Assembly: GCA_963711565.1 (NCBI GenBank)
Contig: CAVQEQ010000003.1
Coordinates: forward strand, 800,001 to 864,000
Source: an uncultured delta proteobacterium
GTDB lineage: Bacteria; Desulfobacterota; Binatia; Binatales; Binataceae
Length of the DNA stretch: 64,000 nucleotides
Direction: 5' to 3'
Under the pieces are notes generated by a model. The model was not told the DNA's origin. It made no database searches and worked only from the letters and a program-made list of their open reading frames with translations. Shown here piece after piece: positions 47,883 to 57,956 of this stretch (the first letter of the stretch is position 1; every line of letters begins with the position of its first letter). The position numbers and the translations under genes were made by a program.

Positions 47883-49202
47883 ATGCCTGCCACACCGCAA
47901 ACTTCCGCCGCCGCCAATCCCGACCCGCTCAAGATAGGGCGAATGCCCATTCATTTCTTTGTGGTAGCGGTCACGTCTTTCGCCGTCGGCGTTGCCGCGA
48001 TGCCATTCGTGATCGGCGACGTTGCAGTGTTCTTCTATCAGACTAAACCGCTGGCGCTCGTGCATACGTTCACGCTCGGCTGGATCACGGCGGCCATGAT
48101 GGGCGTGATGTATCGCTACGTCCCCGCCCTGACGCATCATCCGATCCCATTCCCCCGCATGGCGTTCGCGCAACTCGCGCTCTATGTCTTCGGCGTCGTT
48201 GGCATGATCGTGCATTTCGCGATCGGGCTCTGGCTTGGACTCTGGACGGTCGCGATAGTGGTGGTGATCAGCATTTTGACGTTCGCCGCCGAGATGATTC
48301 CATGTCTGTGGCCGTCGGCAGGAAGCGGCGTCGCGGAGACCGGGATGCTTCTCAGCGTGTGTTTCCTCGTGCTCGCGGCCGCGATTGGCCTGACCCTCGG
48401 CATCGACAAGACATACGACTTCCTTGGCGGCAGCGTGCTGACGAATCTCGCTAGCCACGTTCATTTCGCCGCGCTCGGATGGGTGACGCTGACAATCTGC
48501 GCCGTGTCCTACCGGATGATCCCCGCGTTCCTGCTGCCGAAAGAGAAACTCCCACCCGCCGCTATCTGGCAACTTTATGCACTAACGATCGGCGTCATCG
48601 GACTCGGCGTGACACTGCTGATTCGAGCGCCAGGCGTGGCGTTCTGGAGCATCCTGATTGCCGCTTCACTGCTCGCGTACATCTTCACGATAGGACGGCT
48701 GGTGCGTACGCGCCGGATGCCGCTGGATTGGACGTCGCGTCATGCGATCTGCGGAGTCGCGTGGCTGATCGTCGCGATCGCGATGGGCCTCGTACTTACC
48801 GTCACTGGCGCGGACGGCGAGTACAGCAGCCGCATCGCGGCGGCTTACGGCGTGACGGGAATACTCGGCTGGATATCGAATTTCATCATCGGCATGTCGT
48901 ACCAACTCTTTCCGGGATTCGTCACCCGCGCACGCACCAGCGTTGGATGGGCGCCCGTTACGATCGCTGAGCTGTCGATCCCGCGGCCACGGCCGTTTGT
49001 ATTCATCGCGTACAATCTCGGAATTGCAATGGTTGTATGTGGACTGCTCGCGGGATCGATCGATCTTGGCGTCGCGGGCTCCGCATGGATCGCGGCCGGC
49101 GGACTTGTTTACGCTGCGGCGACGCTCTGGACGCTCAGCTTTGCCTATCGCTCATCGATGCCGTCCGCGGTGCGAACCGATTTGCGCATCCTGCCGTCGT
49201 AA
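47883..49202 (+). CDS. Polytopic membrane protein with intramembrane His motifs
   Basis: About 12 TM helices; LVHTFTLGW, HVHFAALGW, GILGW repeats. Confidence 0.75.
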   Translation: MPATPQTSAAANPDPLKIGRMPIHFFVVAVTSFAVGVAAMPFVIGDVAVFFYQTKPLALVHTFTLGWITAAMMGVMYRYVPALTHHPIPFPRMAFAQLALYVFGVVGMIVHFAIGLWLGLWTVAIVVVISILTFAAEMIPCLWPSAGSGVAETGMLLSVCFLVLAAAIGLTLGIDKTYDFLGGSVLTNLASHVHFAALGWVTLTICAVSYRMIPAFLLPKEKLPPAAIWQLYALTIGVIGLGVTLLIRAPGVAFWSILIAASLLAYIFTIGRLVRTRRMPLDWTSRHAICGVAWLIVAIAMGLVLTVTGADGEYSSRIAAAYGVTGILGWISNFIIGMSYQLFPGFVTRARTSVGWAPVTIAELSIPRPRPFVFIAYNLGIAMVVCGLLAGSIDLGVAGSAWIAAGGLVYAAATLWTLSFAYRSSMPSAVRTDLRILPS

Positions 49203-49237
49203 GCCGCGACTCTATTCGGGAACGACGCAGCCTCGTT

Positions 49238-50035
49238 TCACTTTCCCTGGAAGTGGGCTTCGCGCCGCTCGACGAACGAACGAATTCCTTCCTTGGCGTC
49301 TTCGCTGTCCATCACGCGGTCCCTCACATCTGCGATGGCGGCAACCGCGGATCGTTCGCTGGCTTCAATGTATTTGAGGGCGGCTTGTTTCATCGCGCGA
49401 ATACCAAGCGGCGCGTTCTTGCAAATCAACTTTGCAATCTCAACCGCTCGCTCGATCTGCTTTCCGGCGGGAACGATCTCCTGAACGAGCCCGATTTGCA
49501 GCGCGCGCTCGGCGTTGAATTCATCGCAGAGCATCAGATGGTACATCGCGTTGCCCCATCCGGTACGCGTCAAAAAACGAAAGTGAGCGCCGCCGAGCGG
49601 CGCGATTCCGCGGCGCGACTCCATCTGGCAGAACCGCGCCGTGTCGGCCGCGACAACGATGTCGCCGGCCAGCATCATCTCGATACCGATGGTGTAGGTA
49701 ATACCCTGGACCGCCGTAACGATCGGTTTCACCGATCGGTTCCGCAAGCCGAAAGGATCGAGATTGCGCTCGGGGATCGGCTTCGCGGCTGCGCCGGGGC
49801 CGAAGAACTTCGGCATGTCGAGGCCGGCCGTGAAGTGATCGCCCTCGGCGCAGAGGACGGCAACCCAGAAATCGTCGTTGCGGTCGAATTCGGTCAGCTC
49901 ACTCGACAACTGTTGCATCATCTCGGGCGTGAAGGAGTTTCTCTTCGCGACATTGTCGATCACGATTTTGAAAACCCGGCCGTCCACTTCACGCCGCACT
50001 TCTCCAACCTTGTTTTGCACGCTCGTCGTTGACAT
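49238..50035 (-). CDS. Crotonase/enoyl-CoA hydratase family protein
   Basis: HFTAGLD, KPIVTAVQG, GIE, ESRRGI, EDAKEG. Confidence 0.93.
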   Translation of the reverse strand: MSTTSVQNKVGEVRREVDGRVFKIVIDNVAKRNSFTPEMMQQLSSELTEFDRNDDFWVAVLCAEGDHFTAGLDMPKFFGPGAAAKPIPERNLDPFGLRNRSVKPIVTAVQGITYTIGIEMMLAGDIVVAADTARFCQMESRRGIAPLGGAHFRFLTRTGWGNAMYHLMLCDEFNAERALQIGLVQEIVPAGKQIERAVEIAKLICKNAPLGIRAMKQAALKYIEASERSAVAAIADVRDRVMDSEDAKEGIRSFVERREAHFQGK

Positions 50036-50071
50036 CCTCGCTTCTCCTCTTATGAACAGCAGTACATCTGC

Positions 50072-50103
50072 AACTTGACAGTGTCAAGTTTCGTTGGCAG
50101 AAT
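50072..50103. promoter_or_regulatory. Perfect 9-1-9 operator AACTTGACA-G-TGTCAAGTT overlapping divergent -35 boxes
   Basis: TTGACA on both strands; plus strand TTGACA-N17-CAGAAT. Confidence 0.75.
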
Positions 50104-50160
50104 ACTATCGTCGTCGATCCGGGACGGCGTGAGCAACTGAATCACACCGAGAGGCAGATC

Positions 50161-51849
50161 GTGGCGGACGGCAGTGCTCCTAGATTGAAACCCGAAGTGC
50201 GCGGGTGGCTCCGACACCTCTGGCGCAAAGCGATGACCCCGGACGACTGGTCTCGAAATGGCGCACCCCACCCCTGGTGGGACGACAAGAGCGTTGCGCC
50301 GATGCTGTCGTTCGCGCGTTTCGATCTTTCGGAATCTTCCTATGGGCTCCTGCTGCTCGCCCGCAAGACGCCCGCGTGGCGGGAGGTCTACACGAAGATC
50401 CTCGACGAGCTGATCCGGCGTCACACCACGTTCTGGGCCGCGGTTGACTGGCTCACCAAGCTCGGCCCCGATCCCGACCGCGCGCGTTATCCGAAAGCCT
50501 ATCGAGGACTCATCCCAAAGGATCTCTGGGGCAACTACGATGTGCCCGGTTGGACCGCCAACGGCATCGAGCCGTGGGGACTCCAGCCGGACCCAATCGG
50601 CTCGACGGGGAATCTGTTCTTCCGCGGCTTCTTCACCTTGATGCTGGCGATCCATCGCGCAGTGTCGGGCGAGGCGACTTGGGACAAGCCCTTCGAGGTG
50701 ACTGGTCTCGACGACCGGACCTTCGCGTGGACCCATCGCGGGATAGCCGAGTACCTCGGCAATCAGTGGGCGGGTGTTCCCCACGGGCCGCATTGCGAGA
50801 ACACCAAGATCTGGCCGTTCTGCCTGTCGGCGGCAGGACTCGGTCTGCAACTTACCGACCTGACGCTCGGGACGCGGACGCATTGGGTTTACGACCGTTG
50901 GGTCGAGGAGGCCTTCAAAAAGAAGTTCATGGGCTTCGACGAGCGCGGCCGCCTGAAATGGGTCGCCTTCTATTATGACCCGCTGGTCGACCGTGTGCTT
51001 GGTGATCGCCGCATCTTCGGCCTCTTCCCGTCGATCTACGTCGTCCCGCAGAACCGCGAACTTGGCGAGTTGCTCTACCGCAACGCCGTCGCTTCGGTCG
51101 GCTGGGACAAGCGCTGGATGCCGGTGCTGTACAATGGCCGCGACCCGCGCGCGCTGACGATGGGCTTCCTGATGGCGCGCGAGTATGGCGATCACACGAC
51201 GGCCCGCCGGCTCGGACGGAAACTCGCGAGCATGGAGAACGCGCGCTTCTTCGACGCCGACGGCGGGCAAGACGCGGACGAGTATGGTTACTTCTTCCAA
51301 TACGGCGAGCGCTATCCCCGCGGCCAGGAGAGTGCGCTCTACATGCTCAAGAATCTGCTCGACGGCGAGGGCGAGTGGGGACGCGCATTCGGCGAACAAG
51401 ACACCGAGAAGTTCTCCGCACCCACCGTGTCGGACGCGGAGTATCCGAAATTGGGATTCTCCGTCGCATGGAATGATTCCGCGCGCGGCGTCCTTCAACT
51501 CGAGAGCTTCGCGGCGACCTCCAGCGCGCGCGGCGACGCGACCCGCTTCCGTGTTCGCAACCTCCCAGACGCGCACAGCGTCCAGGTTCGCCGCGACGAT
51601 CAGATCCACCAATCTTGGCGCGCGACCGATTCCAACTCGATCGAGATCGAGACCGTCGTCGGCGACCATCGCTACGAGATCGTGACCGGCTACCGGGGCG
51701 CGCAGCCGACCCGACCCGGCAAAACCGAATCGAACAAAACGAATAGTACCTCGACCACGATCGCACGGCCGCGAACCAGTATGACGGACATTGTAACGGC
51801 CGCCTCGACGGTCGCCGCCGCATGTCCCTGCTGCGCCAGCGCCGACTGA
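50161..51849 (+). CDS. Linalool dehydratase/isomerase-like protein
   Basis: GNLFFRG and CENTKIWPFC (CE-x7-C as in LinD CEPDNYFVQC), TPAWRE.Y; C-terminal beta domain and CPCC tail. Confidence 0.65.
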   Translation: MADGSAPRLKPEVRGWLRHLWRKAMTPDDWSRNGAPHPWWDDKSVAPMLSFARFDLSESSYGLLLLARKTPAWREVYTKILDELIRRHTTFWAAVDWLTKLGPDPDRARYPKAYRGLIPKDLWGNYDVPGWTANGIEPWGLQPDPIGSTGNLFFRGFFTLMLAIHRAVSGEATWDKPFEVTGLDDRTFAWTHRGIAEYLGNQWAGVPHGPHCENTKIWPFCLSAAGLGLQLTDLTLGTRTHWVYDRWVEEAFKKKFMGFDERGRLKWVAFYYDPLVDRVLGDRRIFGLFPSIYVVPQNRELGELLYRNAVASVGWDKRWMPVLYNGRDPRALTMGFLMAREYGDHTTARRLGRKLASMENARFFDADGGQDADEYGYFFQYGERYPRGQESALYMLKNLLDGEGEWGRAFGEQDTEKFSAPTVSDAEYPKLGFSVAWNDSARGVLQLESFAATSSARGDATRFRVRNLPDAHSVQVRRDDQIHQSWRATDSNSIEIETVVGDHRYEIVTGYRGAQPTRPGKTESNKTNSTSTTIARPRTSMTDIVTAASTVAAACPCCASAD

Positions 51850-51880
51850 TACATCGCCGCGTCTAATTGGAGAAAGATAA

Positions 51881-52618
51881 GTGAGTCACAACGCCTTGTG
51901 GAGCGAACTCGCCGCTCGTCTCGTCGCCGCCCTCAGACCGATAGCGCCCCCGATTGGTATCGCGTTCGTAGCGGAGGGCGCCGCGAGCGACGCGCCGCCG
52001 TTCGACGCGTCGTATCCGACCCCGAACGAGTCCGGCCGCACGGGCGCGGTGCCGGCGGGCTGCGTCTTCTGGATGAAGGCGGTCGATCGCACGTTTTCGA
52101 CGAGCGCAGCCGACCACGCCAACTGCAGCGTCGGTTCCTACACGCACGGCTTCATCACGTTAGACGAGGCTGCCCCGCGCGACGACGTTGTGGCTGCGCT
52201 CGAATCGGGATGGGTGAACGAAGCCGCTGTCGCCGCGTTGCCGCACGTGCGCGAGCGACCCGCGCAGGTTGTTTACGGTCCGCTCGCGAAGTTCGACACG
52301 GATCCCAACGTCGTGCTCGTGCGTATCAACGCGCTCGCGCTGATGGTCCTCAAGGATGCGTTCCCGTCGCTTCGCATCGAGGGGAAACCGCAGTGCCACG
52401 TAATCGCACTCGCCAGGGAGAATGGCGAGATCGCGGCGAGCGTCGGCTGCGCCTTGAGCCGCGCGCGCACCGGCATGCGCTCGGAGGAGTTGACCTGCGC
52501 GATCCCGGCATCGCGGCTCGCCGAGATCGTGCCGGTCATAGAGGCAGCCGCAGACCTCGACCGCGCGATGGCCAGCTACGCGGGCACCGACGCTCAGCGC
52601 TTCGACGCGAAGTCCTGA
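51881..52618 (+). CDS. DUF169-family protein
   Basis: PIGIAF, GCVFW, NCSVG, YGPL, SVGC..SR. Confidence 0.85.
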   Translation: MSHNALWSELAARLVAALRPIAPPIGIAFVAEGAASDAPPFDASYPTPNESGRTGAVPAGCVFWMKAVDRTFSTSAADHANCSVGSYTHGFITLDEAAPRDDVVAALESGWVNEAAVAALPHVRERPAQVVYGPLAKFDTDPNVVLVRINALALMVLKDAFPSLRIEGKPQCHVIALARENGEIAASVGCALSRARTGMRSEELTCAIPASRLAEIVPVIEAAADLDRAMASYAGTDAQRFDAKS

Positions 52619-52644
52619 AGCTCGCAAGGCGCTCGCCGTTAGAG

Positions 52645-52796
52645 GAGACCTTTGCATAACTTCGGTGAATACGCCCAGACAGAAACCAGAATCTTGAATC
52701 GCGCGCAAAAGAGCGCGCTGCATAAGGACCCTCACCTTCGATCCTCTCCCATTCTGGGAGAGGAGAAGAGGCGCGGCGCAGTTATGCAAAGGTCTC
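52645..52796. mobile_element. 152-bp MITE with IS5-like terminal inverted repeats
   Basis: GAGACCTTTGCATAACT (52645-52661) / AGTTATGCAAAGGTCTC (52780-52796), followed by TTAA; no transposase. Confidence 0.75.
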
Positions 52797-52840
52797 TTAA
52801 ATGAGTAGTCACCAAGACTGATCAAAGGTCAGGAGTCCTA

Positions 52841-53275
52841 TCACGAAACCGAATTTCGTCGAGTTAACGAAGCAGCTGAGCGGTTTGCAGCCGGCCACCG
52901 TATCGGCACGAACCAGAATGCCAGGAGCACCGCGGCGCCGAAGGTCAGGTAGATAGTCGTGAACACCCAGGGCGGAGCCTGATAGAAGATCAGCCAATCG
53001 AGCCAGTATCCGATGAAATCGTGCGAATAGCCGGATTCGCCTCCTTTTACTCGCAACATATTCTCCCAGATTGTGAGCGGACAGGTTGTGCCAATGAGCG
53101 CCTCGCAACAGACCAATAGGATCATTGCGAGGTGGATTACGCGAAAATAGACGTTCCGGACCCAATGCCATCCTGCGGCCCCGCCAATTAGAATGGCCGC
53201 GAATCCGATAACCACAAAGGCGACGTAACCCGCGTGAATTATTGTTACGAGGTCGGCTGCCGCCAGCCATAACAT
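52841..53275 (-). CDS. DUF2784-family membrane protein
   Basis: AD....IH..YVAFVV.G, CPLTIWEN.LR, FI.YWL. Confidence 0.88.
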   Translation of the reverse strand: MLWLAAADLVTIIHAGYVAFVVIGFAAILIGGAAGWHWVRNVYFRVIHLAMILLVCCEALIGTTCPLTIWENMLRVKGGESGYSHDFIGYWLDWLIFYQAPPWVFTTIYLTFGAAVLLAFWFVPIRWPAANRSAASLTRRNSVS

Positions 53276-53279
53276 CGAC

Positions 53280-54098
53280 TTACAAGTGTGCGACGCTTCG
53301 CGATCGCACCACGCGCAGCTCCGGCACCGCCGATGTGGGCATGACCGGAATGTCGCGGTCTTCTCGTTGCTGCCACCTATAAAAGATGAACGTGAAAATG
53401 AACATCAGATAGGTGCCCTGCCCGACCCACATGATCAATCCGCCCAGCACCTGGTCCTCGAGCGGCTTGAGGCCCCATCCGTGCGCGCCTTCGGTGTACC
53501 ACGGATAGATCACATGGGTCGCGAGCGTGATCGGCGCGGCGACCGCGGTCATCGGGATCATCAGCAGGAACAGGTAGAGGATTTGGGCCGGGTACGACAG
53601 GCGCGGCATCTCGGGCAGCGGACTCAGGATCGGCCACCACAGCAGGATGCCCGACGCCATGAAGCACAGGTGCAGGAAGATGTGAAAATTCTCGTCGCGG
53701 CACATCCGATCGAAGATTGGCGGAAAGTGCGCGGTGACGAAGACCGCCGAGAAAATCGCGAACGCGATTACCGGCTTCGTCAGCAGGCGCGCGACCGGCT
53801 TGATCGGCTTGCTGAGCACCCACGGCCTCAGCATCCAGTCCGGTGTCCCGAGCAGGAGCAGCGGCGGGATCACAAAGGCCTGCATCAGATGCTGCAGCAT
53901 GTGCATCGAGAAGATTCGCGCGTCTGCCAGTTCGTCGAGCTCGCTCTGTACGTATAGAATCGCGACCATCGCGATCGCAAACCACACCGCCTGCATCCGG
54001 GTCGGTCGGCGGCCGGTGACGCGGCATGCACCAAGGTAAATCGCGATCAGGATCGCGATACCTATCGGGATGCTCGGATGTTCTCCAAAAATGTCCAT
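53280..54098 (-). CDS. ctaG: caa3-type cytochrome c oxidase assembly factor CtaG
   Basis: FSMHMLQH, PPLLLLG, WWPILSP, EDQVLGGLIMW. Confidence 0.9.
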   Translation of the reverse strand: MDIFGEHPSIPIGIAILIAIYLGACRVTGRRPTRMQAVWFAIAMVAILYVQSELDELADARIFSMHMLQHLMQAFVIPPLLLLGTPDWMLRPWVLSKPIKPVARLLTKPVIAFAIFSAVFVTAHFPPIFDRMCRDENFHIFLHLCFMASGILLWWPILSPLPEMPRLSYPAQILYLFLLMIPMTAVAAPITLATHVIYPWYTEGAHGWGLKPLEDQVLGGLIMWVGQGTYLMFIFTFIFYRWQQREDRDIPVMPTSAVPELRVVRSRSVAHL

Positions 54099-54116
54099 TG
54101 TCAAAGACGCCCGTTG

Positions 54117-54446
54117 CTATCCGATCGGCGCCAGGTGATGCGACAGATATGCGAACAGCAGGATCAACGAGACCATCAACACCGTCGCAACCATCAACGG
54201 GAAGACGAACACTCCCGTCAGCAGCCATCCGTCGTACTTCAGGTGCATGTAGAACATCGCGACCAGCGCGAACTTGGCGGCGGCCAGCACGATCAGCACC
54301 GGCACCAGCACGGGACGGAGCGCATGCACGTAGAAGACGGTGATCTCCATCGCCGTCAGCACGACTAAAAACGCGGCGATGATAAGGTACGTCGCCGCAC
54401 CCGGATGATGAACCTGCCCAGTGTGGATGTCCGCAATGTCGCTCAT
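54117..54446 (-). CDS. Cytochrome c oxidase subunit IV (caa3 type)
   Basis: LVVLTAME, KFALVAMFYMHLKYD; ATGA overlap. Confidence 0.9.
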   Translation of the reverse strand: MSDIADIHTGQVHHPGAATYLIIAAFLVVLTAMEITVFYVHALRPVLVPVLIVLAAAKFALVAMFYMHLKYDGWLLTGVFVFPLMVATVLMVSLILLFAYLSHHLAPIG

Positions 54447-56917
54447 GCTCCGGGCACCGCCTGCATCAGATAGACGAGAGTAAAGATGATGATCCACACC
54501 ACATCGACGAAATGCCAGTAGAGTCCCGCGAGCTCGACCAACGTCGCGCGCGACTTGCCTAGGTTGCCCGTCATCGCGGCGACCAGCAGCACCGACAGCC
54601 ACAGCACGCCGATCGCGACGTGCGCGCCGTGAAACCCGACCAGCACGAAGAATGACTGCGAGAATAAGTTGGTCGTAAGCCCCATCCCCTCGTGCAAGAA
54701 GCTCGTGAACTCGTAAACCTGGCCGCAAAGAAAAATCAGCCCGAACAGGACCGTGCCGCCGAGCCAGATTCGCTCCCATCGCTTGTCGCCGCGCTGAGTG
54801 GCCGCGAGCGCCAGCACCATCAGCAACGAACTCATCAACAGGATAAACGTGCTGAACAACGTCAGCGGGATATTGAGGATCTCCGGCCCGGGTCCGCTGA
54901 CGCTGCGCGATTTGTAAACGATGAAGGTCGAGATCAAACTCGCGAAGAACACGCACTCCGACCCGATGAACGACCACACGCCGATTTTGCGCACGTCGAT
55001 TCCGCCTGACGACGGCGCATGCTCCGGGTCGTGCGATTCCTGGCCGAAGCTCGGGTACTCGAATCCCATCCCGATGACCGACAGGATCACGACCAGCGCG
55101 CCCATGATCACGATGCGATACCAGTCGATGATGAGCCCAAGGCCCATCATGCCCACGCCGAGACTCAGCACCAGCGGAAAAATCGACGGCGCCGGCATAT
55201 GGATGTGCTCGACGGATGCCGGCTCGCTCGGCGGCGGTTGCGACGGCGCCTGCCCCGACATGTAGGCTGCGACGCCGCGCGATCCGGCTCGCCCGTATTT
55301 GAGAATCCACCACGCGTCGCGCCCGCGGATTTGCGGGATCGTCGCGAAGTTGTACACGGGCGGTGGCGACGGCGTGGACCATTCGAGGCTGCGGCCGTCC
55401 CACGGATCGGCGGGCGCGCGCTCGCCGCTGACGAGACTTGTGAAAATGTTGATGTAGAAAAGCAGGAACGCGATGCCAAGAATGAACGCGCCGATCGTCT
55501 CGAGTTGGTTGAGATGCGTCCAGCCCATGTCGGCGCCGTAGGTGTAGGTGCGCCGCGGCATCCCCCACATCCCGAGAAAGTGCATCGGGAAAAACGTGAG
55601 GTTGAAGCCGACGACCGTCAGCCAGAAGTGCCACTTGCCAAGCCGCTCGCCGAGCATGCGTCCGCTGATTTTCGGCCACCAGTAGTAGAACGCCGCCATG
55701 ATCGCGAACATCACGCCGCCGAACAGCACGTAGTGAAAGTGCGCGACGACGAAGTACGAATCGGTCTGCTGCAGATCGACCGGCGCCGATGCGTGCATGA
55801 TTCCGCTGAGCCCGCCGATCGTGAACTCGAGAATCATCCCGAGTGCGAAGTAGAAGGCGGTCGTCATGCGCAGCGAGCCGCCCCAGACCGTCGCGATCCA
55901 GCTGAAAATTTTCACGCCGGTCGGAATCGCGATCAGCATCGAAGTGATCGCGAATGCCGAGTCGGCCACCGGGCCCATCCCCGTCGCGAACATGTGATGT
56001 CCCCACACCCCGTACGACAGGAATGCGATCAGGCAGATCGAATACGCCATCATCGGGTAGCCGAACAGCGGCTTGCGCGAGAACGCCGGCACGACTTCCG
56101 AGATGATTCCGAAAGCCGGCAGCGCCATGATATACACTTCGGGATGGCCGAACAGCCAGAACAGATGCTGCCAGAGAATCGGCGTCGCACCCGCGGATGC
56201 GATGTAAAAGTGCGTGTCGAAAAAACGGTCGAAGAGCAGAAAGATCAGACCGATCGTGAGCGCCGGAAACGCGATCAGAATCAGGATCAACGTCACCAGC
56301 ATCGACCAGATGAACATCGGCATGCGCATGTACGTCATGCCCGGCGCGCGCATCGCGATAATCGTCGTCAGGAAATTCAAGCCCGTGAGCACCGTCGAAG
56401 TGCCCGATACGAGCAGCCCAATCACCCACCAGTCGATCGCGAGGCCGGGCGTGAAGTACCGCTCGGTCAGGTTCGCGTAGCCGAACCATCCCGCATCGGG
56501 AAGCCCGCCGCGAATCCAGCCGAGATGGAGCAGGATTCCCGCGATCAGCGCCAGCCAGAAGCTCAGCGCGTTGAGCCGGGGAAACGCAACGTCGCGCGCG
56601 CCGATCTGAAGCGGGATGAGGAAGTTGCCGAGAAATCCAAGCAGCAGCGGCATCACGACCAGGAAGATCATCGTCGTCCCATGCATCGTGAAAAACGCGT
56701 TGTACGTTGCCGCCGACAGCGCGTGATTGTCGGGACGCCACAACTGTACGCGAATCGCCATCGCCTCGATCCCGCCGAACGCCATGAAGAACAGCGCGCT
56801 GGCGAGGTACATCACGGCGACGCGTTTGTGATCGATCGTCGTCAGCCATCCGAGTAACCCGCCGCCTTCGAGGTAGCTCGGCTGATGCACTGGCAATGGT
56901 TTCGGTTGCGCAGCCAT
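54443..56917 (-). CDS. ctaD: Cytochrome c oxidase subunit I-III fusion (A1 type)
   Basis: TIDHK, GHPEVY, WGHH, HFH; C-terminal subunit III motifs GSEC, GFHGAHV, YWHFVDVVW. Confidence 0.96.
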   Translation of the reverse strand: MAAQPKPLPVHQPSYLEGGGLLGWLTTIDHKRVAVMYLASALFFMAFGGIEAMAIRVQLWRPDNHALSAATYNAFFTMHGTTMIFLVVMPLLLGFLGNFLIPLQIGARDVAFPRLNALSFWLALIAGILLHLGWIRGGLPDAGWFGYANLTERYFTPGLAIDWWVIGLLVSGTSTVLTGLNFLTTIIAMRAPGMTYMRMPMFIWSMLVTLILILIAFPALTIGLIFLLFDRFFDTHFYIASAGATPILWQHLFWLFGHPEVYIMALPAFGIISEVVPAFSRKPLFGYPMMAYSICLIAFLSYGVWGHHMFATGMGPVADSAFAITSMLIAIPTGVKIFSWIATVWGGSLRMTTAFYFALGMILEFTIGGLSGIMHASAPVDLQQTDSYFVVAHFHYVLFGGVMFAIMAAFYYWWPKISGRMLGERLGKWHFWLTVVGFNLTFFPMHFLGMWGMPRRTYTYGADMGWTHLNQLETIGAFILGIAFLLFYINIFTSLVSGERAPADPWDGRSLEWSTPSPPPVYNFATIPQIRGRDAWWILKYGRAGSRGVAAYMSGQAPSQPPPSEPASVEHIHMPAPSIFPLVLSLGVGMMGLGLIIDWYRIVIMGALVVILSVIGMGFEYPSFGQESHDPEHAPSSGGIDVRKIGVWSFIGSECVFFASLISTFIVYKSRSVSGPGPEILNIPLTLFSTFILLMSSLLMVLALAATQRGDKRWERIWLGGTVLFGLIFLCGQVYEFTSFLHEGMGLTTNLFSQSFFVLVGFHGAHVAIGVLWLSVLLVAAMTGNLGKSRATLVELAGLYWHFVDVVWIIIFTLVYLMQAVPGA

Positions 56918-56927
56918 TCGACGCTCC

Positions 56928-57956
56928 CTATTTCAGACTCTCGAGATACGCGACCAGGGCGTTCAGCTTGTCCCCCGGCAACAGCAGCGCCGGCATGTTC
57001 GCGCCCGGCTTGATTTCCTGCGGATTCTCGATCCACTTCGCAACATTCTCGGGCGTGTTCTTCAACACGCCGGCGGCCAGCGTCGTGCGGCCGCCGAAAT
57101 GCGTCAGGTCTGGTCCGATATACCCTTTCGAAACGCCCTGGATCATGTGGCAAGTCGTGCACGGACTGTCGGCAAAAACTTTTGCGCCGTCCGCCGCCAA
57201 CTGATCGCTCGCCGGAGTCGGGACCGGTCCCGCAAGCTGCTCCCGGTCCCACTTGGCGAAATCATCCGGAGAATCGACGAACGTCCGAAAGCGCATGTTC
57301 GCATGCGACAGGCCGCAAAACTCCGCGCATTGCCCCGGATACATTCCCGGCACCGTCGCGACGAACGTAAGCTCGTTGATTTGGCCGGGCACCACGTCGC
57401 GTTTGCCGCCGAGTTGCGGCACCCAGAAACTGTGGATGATGTCGGCCGATTCCAGCGACAGGCGAATCGGCCGGTTGACCGGGATATGCAGCTCGTTGCC
57501 GGTCTTCGCGCCGTCGGGATAATCAAACTCCCACCACCACTGATGCGCGACCACTTTGATCACGAGCGCGCCCGCGGGCGCGACCGCCGGCTGCGATCGA
57601 AAGATCGTGCGTATCGTCGGCACCGAGATCATCAACAAGATCAGCACCGGGCCGAGCGTCCACGCGATTTCCAGACCCAGATCGGACGACGCGGTCGAAG
57701 GCGGCGCCGCCTCTCCCACACGGGTAGAGAACACAAACAGCGCGAGCACAAACGCCACGACCACGATCGCCAAGACCAGCGCGTCCCATAACGTCACATC
57801 GATGAAAAGATTCTGAATCCACTGCGCAAGGTCCGACTTCGGCGCGAGCGTGGTCATCGGGCGGCCGGCGTCCGAGCATCCTGCAATAGTCAGTGCAATA
57901 GCCACTCGCATAGCTACTGAGGCGACCGAATGCCTATTTGGTCGGCGCCGGATCAT
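56928..57956 (-). CDS. coxB: Cytochrome c oxidase subunit II with C-terminal cytochrome c
   Basis: HQWWW, DIIHSFW, CAEFCGLSHANM (CuA), CTTCH heme c. Confidence 0.96.
   Translation of the reverse strand: MIRRRPNRHSVASVAMRVAIALTIAGCSDAGRPMTTLAPKSDLAQWIQNLFIDVTLWDALVLAIVVVAFVLALFVFSTRVGEAAPPSTASSDLGLEIAWTLGPVLILLMISVPTIRTIFRSQPAVAPAGALVIKVVAHQWWWEFDYPDGAKTGNELHIPVNRPIRLSLESADIIHSFWVPQLGGKRDVVPGQINELTFVATVPGMYPGQCAEFCGLSHANMRFRTFVDSPDDFAKWDREQLAGPVPTPASDQLAADGAKVFADSPCTTCHMIQGVSKGYIGPDLTHFGGRTTLAAGVLKNTPENVAKWIENPQEIKPGANMPALLLPGDKLNALVAYLESLK

Noticed and set aside
54117-56857. Very long alternative-frame and antisense ORFs (910 aa, 612 aa) over coxI, and similar ORFs throughout the window
   Set aside because: Shadow ORFs expected from high-GC codon bias; only the last 109 codons of the 910-aa ORF (subunit IV) look real
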